Assembly (NCBI GenBank): GCA_040387495.1
Contig: JAZKDQ010000014.1
Span: 9,752-73,751 of the forward strand
DNA length: 64,000 nt
Origin: Pseudomonadota bacterium
Lineage (GTDB): Bacteria > Pseudomonadota > Alphaproteobacteria > Paracaedibacterales > CAIOTO01
Direction: 5' to 3'
A program made the position numbers and the translations under genes. Numbering within the stretch: the first letter of the stretch is position 1; every line of letters begins with the position of its first letter. Under the pieces are notes generated by a model. It was not told the origin of the DNA. It saw only the letters and a program-made list of their open reading frames with translations, and ran no database searches. Shown in pieces: positions 42,415 through 51,450 of the stretch.

Positions 42415-43523
42415 TGTGTTTTTTCTTTTCCCTTTTGCACCACCGCATGCTGAGCTGACAATGGAAAATACTCTGCAAACCAACGGGCAATCGGTGCAAA
42501 AAGCGGGTCTTTAAAGTGCTGCTCTAGATAGCGCCACAACCTCGGCAAATGTTCACATTTCGAATCATTATGTTGACGAAGCGCATAACGGGTAAAGACA
42601 CCAATCACTTTCACATGACGCCCGGCACCCAGTACTTTCGCTGTAATTTCTAATGCCTCATGCTGTTCTTTCGGATAAGCAGACAAAAATTGCTGAGAGC
42701 ATTGATGAACAACGTCAGGCGAAACATCGCGGCGCGCGTCCTCTAGTAATGAAACAAAGTCATATACCACCGACCCCCATAACGCATCTTGGAAATCCAA
42801 TACGCCGCAGGTTTTAACAGATAAGGGCTTTTCAATAATCATTAAATTATCAACATGAAAATCACGCAATACAACGGTTTTTGGTGTGCGGGGCAGGGCA
42901 TTAAACAAATCTTCCCACAATGCCATAAATGGTTTCTTTGCGATCGCTGGTGCTTGCACACCCTTTGCGTATGGCCAATACCAGTCAATGAACACTTCGA
43001 CTTCGGCGAGCAATTTTACGGTTGTATACTCTTCGATCACCATAGGACGCGGGCAATTTTTTAATGATTGCAAGATTTGTGTCGCCGTGTGGTAAAGACG
43101 TTTTTCAATTGTTTCTTTAATAGCATCACTTTTGACCGCTGCCGCATCAATAACACGTGTAAACGTTTTATCACCAAAATCTTCTAAAAGAACAAAACCA
43201 TTTTCTTCGTCAAACCCCAAAATCTTTGGCGCACGCACCCCTTGTTTTGTTAAATAATCCGCCATTAGAACAAACTGTGTGGGCTTTTCAGGGGCAGGGG
43301 CATCCATCACGACATACGATTGCGTGCCGACTTGCAAACGATAGTACTGACGATTCGACATGTCTTTGGCAAAAGGACTAAGCTTGCCAATCAACCCTTG
43401 TTGATGAATGAATGCCTTAAGCAACGTGAAACGGCTGGTGTGCGCGATTTCCAGTGCTGGCATTGGCGATATGGCTGAATCGTTTACTAATGTTTCTTTT
43501 GTCGATTTTATTTGTTGTTTCAT
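42411..43523 (-). CDS. amgK: Aminoglycoside-phosphotransferase-family anomeric MurNAc/GlcNAc kinase, AmgK-like
   Basis: DMSNRQYYR, LLEDFGD, RDFHVDNL, LDFQDA; coupled to murU. Confidence 0.8.
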   Translation of the reverse strand: MKQQIKSTKETLVNDSAISPMPALEIAHTSRFTLLKAFIHQQGLIGKLSPFAKDMSNRQYYRLQVGTQSYVVMDAPAPEKPTQFVLMADYLTKQGVRAPKILGFDEENGFVLLEDFGDKTFTRVIDAAAVKSDAIKETIEKRLYHTATQILQSLKNCPRPMVIEEYTTVKLLAEVEVFIDWYWPYAKGVQAPAIAKKPFMALWEDLFNALPRTPKTVVLRDFHVDNLMIIEKPLSVKTCGVLDFQDALWGSVVYDFVSLLEDARRDVSPDVVHQCSQQFLSAYPKEQHEALEITAKVLGAGRHVKVIGVFTRYALRQHNDSKCEHLPRLWRYLEQHFKDPLFAPIARWFAEYFPLSAQHAVVQKGKEKTQ

Positions 43524-43530
43524 CGTTATT

Positions 43531-43655
43531 ATACCATTTTCAGAAATGATTAGGCTGTGAGGCCTCAAGATTTAAGCAGCAGAGTTTACTGAAGCACACT
43601 CGCCGCACAGATATCGCCGAGGGCTGCACTAACTGATTATTAATGAAATTGGTAT
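43531..43655. mobile_element. About 125-bp MITE/RPE-like element with imperfect terminal inverted repeats
   Basis: ataccattttcagaaatgattag ... ctgattattaatgaaattggtat (18/23 match by eye), GC-rich core. Confidence 0.65.
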
Positions 43656-43660
43656 TAATT

Positions 43661-43732
43661 ACACTAAACTCTCACTTTTGATCATCTACAGTATTGATAG
43701 ATATGTCAATTCGATTATTGAGTAAATGGCCT
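43661..43732 (-). pseudogene. Remnant 3' end of tsaE
   Basis: Translates GHLLNNRIDISINTVDDQK*EFSV versus intact TsaE GPYLPKNRIDIHINTIDEHSRELII. Confidence 0.75.
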
Positions 43733-44007
43733 GTATCCCCCCGTGTGAGGGGATAATAGAAAAAAGGAATTATTAATTTGGCTCTTATGCAGATTAAGTG
43801 GGTAACCTTTATCAGACCTAAAAATGTATCATCCTCGGGTTTGATGCAAGGATCTATATAGGTTTAAAGGCAAGCACTAAGTGTGACTTGACAAGCTAGA
43901 TGCCACTTCGATGATAGATATTATCGTGTCAAGCGATAATACACTGGGAGCAAGGATTGTACATACCCACTCGTTTCCTACAAGAGCCATTGATTTTTTA
44001 GGTATAG

Positions 44008-44697
44008 TTATTCAGCATCATTTTCTAGGTACAATTTTTTTTGTTCTTTTTCACGTTTCCTGCGGTCATTTTCTAAAATCCGCTGATCAGCCTTTTTAAT
44101 CAAGATTTTTATAAACTGTTCGTATGCAAATTTCTGACCAATATCTTCTTTGTAATCGTCAAAACGGGAGCAAACCTCATTTATTTCGTTTTTGTACGTT
44201 TCTGAATCAATTTTTTGATCTGTTACTAAATACGTCCGTCGTTTCTTCTTAATTTTTTCAATAGTTTCGGTGGTCCAAAGGTTATTAACAGTAATTTTTG
44301 CTAGGTCCCCCTTAATGCTTTTTATTAACCAGTTTGCAAAGAAATGTGGACCACATTGTAGATGATAGTGGTAGTAAAATTTGCATTTCCTCTTGCTAGC
44401 CAGGATTGCAGATTCTTCTGTCTCATCTCTGTGTGATTGTGTGGCTAATATTTCATAGGATCGATGAATGTCGTTATATTCTTCTTTAACTTTCGCACGT
44501 TTATACTGCTTAGTATCAAAAATTATTACTGAACGAGCAGGATTAAATCTTGAACCTTGGACTTGCTCCTCATATGCACTCATCGTCCGTTTAAAAGGCA
44601 ATTGGACTTGCTCCCCACCCGACTCCCCATCCGAACCCATCGCCAGGTTAAAAGGAAAAAGCGCCAAAAAAGCTATAATTTTAATATTTTTAATCAT
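44008..44697 (-). CDS. Secreted protein, FPFNLAM-leader family member 3
   Basis: MIKNIKIIAFLALFPFNLAMGSD leader; Lys/Arg-rich body. Confidence 0.8.
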   Translation of the reverse strand: MIKNIKIIAFLALFPFNLAMGSDGESGGEQVQLPFKRTMSAYEEQVQGSRFNPARSVIIFDTKQYKRAKVKEEYNDIHRSYEILATQSHRDETEESAILASKRKCKFYYHYHLQCGPHFFANWLIKSIKGDLAKITVNNLWTTETIEKIKKKRRTYLVTDQKIDSETYKNEINEVCSRFDDYKEDIGQKFAYEQFIKILIKKADQRILENDRRKREKEQKKLYLENDAE

Positions 44698-44801
44698 TAT
44701 TTATATCCTGATATATTTTGATTATTGGGTGAATGAACTATATCCCCCCGGTTTGGGGGGATTACAGATAGAATTGAATTGGGGAAAAAGTGTGTTTTAA
44801 T

Positions 44802-45602
44802 TTATTTTACATTATTTGTGGATAATTCAGTTAAAGTATTTGCAGCTTGAGTTATTTCAAAGGCAATGATTAAAGGCCTAATATATTTATCATATTTAAC
44901 ATCAAAAGTGAGAAGCAAGCTTTGAAGATTCCTAAGATGCAGACATGGAGTTTCATTATAATATTCATACAACGAAAATATTACATGATTCCTAAATTCT
45001 AGCCTAATATCATCGATAGGACTTTCTGAATTAATTTCGCGCTTTATTAATTCGTCTGCAATTTGCAGGGAATTTCTTGCAGGATCATAGTGCCATAAAA
45101 AATTTTTCCAGGTCCTTTTACCTGAATTTGTGGATAATTCAGTTGAAGCATTTGCGACTTGAGTTATTTCATAGGCAATGATTAAAGGCCTAATATATTT
45201 ATCATATTTAACATCAAAAGTGAGAAGCAAGCTTTGAAGATTCCTAAGATGCAGACATGGAGTTTCATTATAATATTCATACAACGAAAATATTACATGA
45301 TTCCTAAATTCTAGCCTAATATCATCGATAGGACTTTCTGAATTAATTTCGCGCTTTATTAATTCGTCTGCAATTTGCAGGGAATTTCTTGCAGGATCAT
45401 AGTGCCATAAAAAATTTTTCCAGGTCCTTCCTCCTGAATCATTCAACATGTCTACTGCTGTTATTGGGAGCATAGGCAGCATAACAGTTTCAGATGGAGC
45501 AGAATTAAATCTTGAATCTTGGTCTTGTTGTCCATCCGAACTCATCGCCAGATTAAATGGAAAAAGTGCTAAAATTGCAATAATTTTAATATTCTTATTC
45601 AT
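44802..45602 (-). CDS. Secreted protein, FPFNLAM-leader family member 2, with a 104-aa internal duplication
   Basis: MNKNIKIIAILALFPFNLAMSSD leader (start reassigned to 45602). Confidence 0.8.
   Translation of the reverse strand: MNKNIKIIAILALFPFNLAMSSDGQQDQDSRFNSAPSETVMLPMLPITAVDMLNDSGGRTWKNFLWHYDPARNSLQIADELIKREINSESPIDDIRLEFRNHVIFSLYEYYNETPCLHLRNLQSLLLTFDVKYDKYIRPLIIAYEITQVANASTELSTNSGKRTWKNFLWHYDPARNSLQIADELIKREINSESPIDDIRLEFRNHVIFSLYEYYNETPCLHLRNLQSLLLTFDVKYDKYIRPLIIAFEITQAANTLTELSTNNVK
44814..45427. repeat. 312-bp near-perfect tandem direct repeat
   Basis: ccaggtcc at 45108 and 45420; the units are identical except near one end. Confidence 0.95.
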
Positions 45603-45680
45603 TGTTAACATCCTGATATACATATAATTACACAAAAAGATAATTTTATTTTTAAATAAAATTATCTTGATTTGTACGTA

Positions 45681-45703
45681 CATAACTAATTTCAACCTGT
45701 CAA
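45681..45703 (-). promoter_or_regulatory. Repeated promoter cassette (also at 46600-46622, partial at 49668-49683)
   Basis: Identical TTGACAGGTTGAAATTAGTTATG on the minus strand. Confidence 0.75.
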
Positions 45704-45789
45704 CGAAAGATTTAAGTATTTTCAACCTCAAAGAGAAAATCATTTGAATCTGTGCTGCACATTAGTCGATGTTTAGGAGAGAAGAATTT

Positions 45790-46509
45790 CTAATAAGTAA
45801 ATCTATGTGCTTTAGCTTTTTTAGCTTTTATTTTCTTAATTTTTTTAGCCTTTAATTTAGCTTTAACTTTTGCCTTTGCTTTTTTATTAGCATTATTAAT
45901 GGAAACTTTATGCATATCGCAGGCAGTGAAAAGAATTCTATTAATTTGGCTCTCATAAGTCGCTGGATCTTTTTTATTTTTTTTCATCAATGCATGTAGA
46001 TAACTTTTGCATACATGCTTAAATTTTTCAGGATTGAGTTTGATTGCATTAATTCTTACTTCTATTAAAAATTCATTCAATGATAATAAGTTTACAGCAA
46101 GATGTTCTATGTAATAAACCCCTCGATTACTAAAAATACCACTAAGTAGAGCTTCTTCTCCATTTGATAACTTGCTTAGTTTACCAATATTCCTTTTGTC
46201 AAATTCTAATTCTTTGTATTTTTCAAGACTATCACGTCGTACAGGGGACTTAGGTTCTGGCTCTGCAAAATGCACAGACTTTTTAGGCTTTGACTCTGAA
46301 ATTGTGTGTTTTTCTGGTTCTTGTGTTAACTCTGGCCTCACAATGACATCATTGCGTTCAACTATACTACCACGTCGTTCACGTTTAAATTCAGAGTAAG
46401 ATGGCCTGCACATCATATTAGGTTCTAGATTTACATCCCTATCTGCGCTCATGGCCAGGTTAAACGGAAAAAGAAAGCAGGAAGTTATCGAAATTATTTT
46501 TTTATTCAT
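45790..46509 (-). CDS. Secreted protein, FPFNLAM-leader family member 1, with RVxF-like motif and polybasic tail
   Basis: MNKKIISITSCFLFPFNLAMSAD; KKSVHF; KKAKAKVKAKLKAKKIKKIKAKK. Confidence 0.8.
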   Translation of the reverse strand: MNKKIISITSCFLFPFNLAMSADRDVNLEPNMMCRPSYSEFKRERRGSIVERNDVIVRPELTQEPEKHTISESKPKKSVHFAEPEPKSPVRRDSLEKYKELEFDKRNIGKLSKLSNGEEALLSGIFSNRGVYYIEHLAVNLLSLNEFLIEVRINAIKLNPEKFKHVCKSYLHALMKKNKKDPATYESQINRILFTACDMHKVSINNANKKAKAKVKAKLKAKKIKKIKAKKAKAHRFTY

Positions 46510-46787
46510 TATTTACATCCATATATACATATAATTATACAAAATTAAAAAAATTACTTTGTTTATTTTTAAGTAAAATTGTTTTAACGTGCAAAAATAC
46601 ATAACTAATTTCAACCTGTCAATGAAAAATAGAGATTACTTCAACCTATTGGTGAAAATATAACGTGTTTTTTTATGATTTAATGAATTGTGGATTTGCC
46701 GTTGAAATTTTATGAACCCTGAGATTACGGCATAACAACTTCTGGGGATAACACTTAAATTCAGTCGTTGTTACTTCTACTTATTTT

Positions 46788-47814
46788 TTACTTCCTTACT
46801 CCACCAGTAAATGAAAAGTCAGCAGCAGGTATTTTTCCCTGCGTAATTTCCATTTTCTTAGGCAACGTATATATAGGCTTATGGCTCTCTGTTGGATCAG
46901 CATGAGCAGAATTACTTTCCTGATTCGCTTGATGTTACACGTGTGTTAGACATTGATGCTTTTTTAAGTATGTTAGCATAAGGGTTAGGTTTACTTTCTG
47001 TAGACGAAACGGGCAGTTTGACATAAGAAGAGGCTTTTAAACTTTTCCGTGAATTATTTATCATATCTAACAAAATTGGTTCTGCATTTTTTTGTGAATT
47101 ATTTCCTTTAATGTTATTAACAACAAGCTGTCGTATTGTTTTTTCTTCTGGAGCTATTTCTAAAGTGCCGAAGTTCTGAGTGACACTTAAGCTGAGACTC
47201 GTCTTCGCTTTTGCTTCTGTCGTATCTGCTTTTTTTAGTAGAGAACCCGCTTTAATAGCATCCAAGAAAGATGGTCGCATTGTTGTTTCCGCACTTTTTA
47301 CAGGCTGTTGTGTTGTCTTTTTTTCAGGGACTATTTTTTCTGAGGAAACGAGTTTCTGAGTGAAACTTAAGCTAAGATTCGCATTCGCTGTCGTTTCTGC
47401 AATATCAGCTTTTTTTAACTGGGGACGCACGCTAATATCATTCAAGAATGACGGTCGAGCTCTTGAGTTAGATGTCGTGCTAGCTCTCTCTGTCGCTTTG
47501 GTGGATGCAAAACTATCTCTATCTGTTGCTCCACTGTCTGTAGATGCAAAACTGTATCTGCCATCATGGGGGGTGCTAAGTAAATCATGCGATGGAGTAA
47601 TTTGATTTTCTGTTTGAGCGTTTACTTCTGTGTCATCTGGTTCTTGATAGTCTAAATAAATGATTTTTTCTTGGGTAGAGGTGTGACTGATTTTTGCTGG
47701 GGCATAGGAATTACCTATTCCTAGTTTTTTTCTCATGTTATCTAGTGAATAAGCATTATTTGATAAAAAACATAAACTGATACTAAATATTGATAATTGT
47801 AGTATGATTTTCAT
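46788..47814 (-). CDS. Secreted multi-WH2-like protein, frameshifted near the C-terminus
   Basis: RPSFLDAIKAGSLLKKA and RPSFLNDISVRPQLKKA. The ORF stops at 46912, but a shifted frame to 46788 matches the paralog's C-terminus. Confidence 0.75.
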
Positions 47815-47847
47815 TTTAAAACTCACTTTCATTAGGTTTAAGCATTA

Positions 47848-47965
47848 TTAAAATCTATATGCGACACCAATCATTATTCCATGATCAGAATACGACGCAT
47901 TATCAAACCCAGAAGTTTGTGATTTATTACTATTTATTGAAATATTTTTACCTGGATTATATATA
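47848..47965 (-). pseudogene. Duplicated 3' fragment of the outer-membrane beta-barrel gene
   Basis: YNPGKNI...SGFDNASYSDHGIMIGVAYRF versus YNPGKKI...SGYANASYSDHRLMIGVAYKF. Confidence 0.88.
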
Positions 47966-48131
47966 TTCACTGCGGAATATGATTTGATCACATGAACCAA
48001 AGGATAGCGTAAATGCACCTTATTCTTGTTTTTCAATGATTTAACACTTCACGCGTTTGTCTTTTGAATTTTATAAATCCCCGGAGCGCGGCATAACCAC
48101 ATCCGGGGGTAATACTTGATTTCAGTTGCTG

Positions 48132-48794
48132 TTATTTTTTACTATCATTTGGTGTTACAGGTGCGGAAATAAGATTTTTACTAACCAGCCTTTGTCCACC
48201 AACGAATCGAATTTCTTCATCGTGTAGTTTTTGATTAATTGCTTCCGTTTTGATGGACGGTTCTTTTGTAAGTTTATGTCTAGCTGTTATATTGGTGCCA
48301 GAGGCAGAATCATCCTCCACACTGCTACTTGACGTTATAGACGTGTTGTTATTATGTAAATCATCGTAACTATAAGTATAAGAAGAAGAAGGCCGTTTTT
48401 TTAAACTCATACGTGCCATTTGCAAGGCAGTTGGTTCTACCTTCTTTTCAAGAATTTGCGCTGTGTTCTCTTTGGAAACTATTTTTAAAGAAGCAAGCTG
48501 CTGAGTAATACTTAAGCTTGAGTCCACCACCGAAACTGGCAATTGTTCGGATTGAGATGAGACAGACGCGATGGATGTTCTATCTGTTACACCGGATGAA
48601 AAACTGTCTCTTTCGCTTTCCTCGTTTTTTGGCGGAGCGGGACGTGTTGGTGGGGGGGGTTGTCTTTGTGTGACGACAAGTTTTGGCGGACTTCCCCTTA
48701 ATTCATCTCTAGCAGCACTACCCATTGAACAAGCATTTGTTGCGATAAAACTTACACAAACGCTAAGCGTTGATAATTGTAATATATTTTTCAT
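48132..48794 (-). CDS. Secreted proline-rich, single WH2-like protein (paralog of the 47814 gene)
   Basis: MKNILQLS leader, QPPPPTRPAPP, TALQMARMSLKKR, shared SLS.TQ motif. Confidence 0.75.
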   Translation of the reverse strand: MKNILQLSTLSVCVSFIATNACSMGSAARDELRGSPPKLVVTQRQPPPPTRPAPPKNEESERDSFSSGVTDRTSIASVSSQSEQLPVSVVDSSLSITQQLASLKIVSKENTAQILEKKVEPTALQMARMSLKKRPSSSYTYSYDDLHNNNTSITSSSSVEDDSASGTNITARHKLTKEPSIKTEAINQKLHDEEIRFVGGQRLVSKNLISAPVTPNDSKK

Positions 48795-48825
48795 TTTAGA
48801 TTTACTTCCTTTAGATTTAATATTT

Positions 48826-49572
48826 TTAAAATTTATACGCAACGCCAATCATCAGACGATGATCAGAGTACGATGCATTGGCATATCCAGAAATATGTCC
48901 ATCGTCAGTAGGTATGAAAATCTTTTTACCTGGGTTATAACTATATTCGCCGCGTACTAAAATACGGCCAAGTGCTTTTTCGTAACCAAAAGCTGGCGTA
49001 AAGACAATATTTGTTTTACGAACAGACTCAGAAACCGATACGTTCCTATCAGGTCTTACACTGTTGGTTCCATTGTATGTTACCGTAGCCTGATCTCGGC
49101 TAACCTCAAATCCTGGCTTAATATAAATCAAATTATTACCAAAAACGTAACCGAACCGCGGCGCAACACCAAAAGCAATTCCGCGTTTATTTTTTATTTT
49201 TGCCTCATAATGTTGCTCGGAATGTATAGGATCTGCATTATTTAATAAATTAATATGTCGATTAGCAAAATCACCTAAAATTGATAATTCACCCCCAACA
49301 TAAAAGTTATTCAAATTTTTGCCATAACCTGCATATAAGCCCAAAAGTAATCCATTTGATGTGTTATTTGTGTTAAAATGCATCCCTATACTTTTTAGGA
49401 AACCTGCAGTATTCATGAGATCATTAGTTGTTTCATTCACTTCTGTTTTTGTTTTACTTCTGACACCTCCCGCGCCTGCACCCACATAGAAACCATTAAA
49501 CCCCGTTGATGTCGCGTTTGCTGTAATTGAGACCGCAGCCATAACGGTGGACACTAATAATAACTTTTTCAT
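48826..49572 (-). CDS. Outer-membrane beta-barrel protein (Omp25/surface-antigen-like)
   Basis: Signal peptide, FNGFYVGAGAG, amphipathic strands, terminal VAYKF. Confidence 0.9.
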   Translation of the reverse strand: MKKLLLVSTVMAAVSITANATSTGFNGFYVGAGAGGVRSKTKTEVNETTNDLMNTAGFLKSIGMHFNTNNTSNGLLLGLYAGYGKNLNNFYVGGELSILGDFANRHINLLNNADPIHSEQHYEAKIKNKRGIAFGVAPRFGYVFGNNLIYIKPGFEVSRDQATVTYNGTNSVRPDRNVSVSESVRKTNIVFTPAFGYEKALGRILVRGEYSYNPGKKIFIPTDDGHISGYANASYSDHRLMIGVAYKF

Positions 49573-49884
49573 AATAAATACCTTTCATATATTTATGTTA
49601 AAATATATACATTTGTTTAAATTAATGTATAAACTTCTTTGTTTGATAAAAATTTGGTTTATTATATTAATTTCAACCTGTCATTTAATACAAAATACTT
49701 TTCATGCATTTAAAACATGAATTAATCACATGTAAAGTCAAACTTTCATATTAACTACTTTACATATACAACAAACCTTCCTCTCAATGTCAATAACACT
49801 AGGCTTATATTTCGGTTGAAATAATTTGGATTTATCGCATCTGTAAATATTAAGTAAAATGGCTCTAGATAATTTTGGGATACG

Positions 49885-50319
49885 TTATAATGAGCTCTTG
49901 ATAATAAGCTCTCGACTGTGCTCGTCGATTGTATTGATGTGGATATCAATTCGGTTTTTGGGTAGGTACGGCCCCATGCGCTCTGGCCATTCGATAAAAC
50001 AAAGGTGTGTGTGCAGCGCTTCGATCAGGCCAAGTTCCAAGCATTCATCCGGAGACGTCAATCGATATAAATCACAATGCCAAAGTGTGCCTTTAGGTAA
50101 GGTGTATTCCTGCACCAATGTGAATGTTGGACTGGGCACAATTAAATCAAGATCGCCCGCAAAGGCTTGGATCACCCGCCGGATAAACGTAGTTTTACCA
50201 GCCCCAAGGTCACCCCATAAAGCAACAATCCCAGTAGGTGGAAGCGTTTTTGCAAAGCTGTCTGCGAAGGCAAGCAATTCTGGTTCGGTCAATTGGTGCG
50301 TCATAGTACTATTCGTCAT
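49885..50319 (-). CDS. tsaE: tRNA t6A biosynthesis ATPase TsaE
   Basis: GDLGAGKTT, VPSPTFTLVQEY, HCDLYRL, IEWPE. Confidence 0.97.
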   Translation of the reverse strand: MTNSTMTHQLTEPELLAFADSFAKTLPPTGIVALWGDLGAGKTTFIRRVIQAFAGDLDLIVPSPTFTLVQEYTLPKGTLWHCDLYRLTSPDECLELGLIEALHTHLCFIEWPERMGPYLPKNRIDIHINTIDEHSRELIIKSSL

Positions 50320-50322
50320 GAA

Positions 50323-50649
50323 TCAAAACCCAAAACAATACGCTAAAATGAAAAACCCAATGGAAATCACAAAGCTTTTCGCAAGGGACGACGTGTTCCA
50401 CATAATCACAGCAGCAAGACTAAGCGTCATTACACAAATAGCAAATATGGTAACGTAGTGCGACGACGTTTTTGGAATTTCTCGAAAAGCCACCGTATAG
50501 ATAACCTCACCTGTAATAAGACAAATGGTGTAATCCAAAAACTTATTCAGCTTTGGATAATCATTTAACTTACTGATGTGTTTAATAAATGCAGGGGACG
50601 CCCTTAAAAGAAAAGATGTCAGGCCAGCCGTTGCTATCATTTTCCACAT
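50323..50649 (-). CDS. AzlD-like small membrane protein
   Basis: Overlaps the azlC-like gene end; T..LR..P motif; 3-4 TMs. Confidence 0.65.
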   Translation of the reverse strand: MWKMIATAGLTSFLLRASPAFIKHISKLNDYPKLNKFLDYTICLITGEVIYTVAFREIPKTSSHYVTIFAICVMTLSLAAVIMWNTSSLAKSFVISIGFFILAYCFGF

Positions 50650-51329
50650 AATGCATCCTTTATTCGGTCTTCTATATGCACACATACAAAGGCGATCAAA
50701 AACCATGCTAAAATAAGTAATTGTTTACTAATATACATTTCTAAAAGAGGTGTCGCAAGAATGCCTAATAACGATATTGCAAGGATCATTGGCTCGGCTT
50801 TGCGCTTTACAATCAAACAAATAAAGTGCGTTGGCAACACGATATGCGCAAGCCCGTTTAAAAATTTTCGGCAATCCAGCACAGCATCCCATGCCATGTG
50901 GCCAACAATCGTAAATACAATTGCCACGATATAAGCAGCAATGACGACGCCCATATAAAAGCTCCATGGGTCTTTTACATTTTTTTGCGTCGAACAAACC
51001 AAATAAGCACTACTGCACATAAAATACAACGCGGGGACTTTTAATCGCTTGCCCTGATTCCAAAGAGGGATCGCCATGGCTGACATTAATACAAATTTAA
51101 AATTGAGAACGAATATATTTAAAGCAAGAACCCATAACGATAAGTCTTTATTTTCCATGAGAAACACTTGCGCAGGGCCAGCAAAAACGGTCGCCGTCAA
51201 AGTAGCTGATTCTAACAACGTTAAGCCATGGGAATTTGCGAGTAATCCTAGGGATGAAAATAGCAATGTAAATGCCACACAAATAGGGATTGATCCATAA
51301 AGGCCATCTGTGAAGCTTTTTTTATCCAT
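50637..51329 (-). CDS. AzlC-family branched-chain amino acid exporter permease
   Basis: F..GL..SIPI, VFAGPAQ, LNFKFVLMS. Confidence 0.85.
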   Translation of the reverse strand: MDKKSFTDGLYGSIPICVAFTLLFSSLGLLANSHGLTLLESATLTATVFAGPAQVFLMENKDLSLWVLALNIFVLNFKFVLMSAMAIPLWNQGKRLKVPALYFMCSSAYLVCSTQKNVKDPWSFYMGVVIAAYIVAIVFTIVGHMAWDAVLDCRKFLNGLAHIVLPTHFICLIVKRKAEPMILAISLLGILATPLLEMYISKQLLILAWFLIAFVCVHIEDRIKDALCGK

Positions 51330-51450
51330 TATGGATTCTCATGCAGGGTTATTATGATATTATATAGTGCAACTATTGTTTAAAAAATAGCAAGAATGAA
51401 TCGATTTTTTGGATGATTTTGTAAAATCATCCTACATTATTTATCGATTT

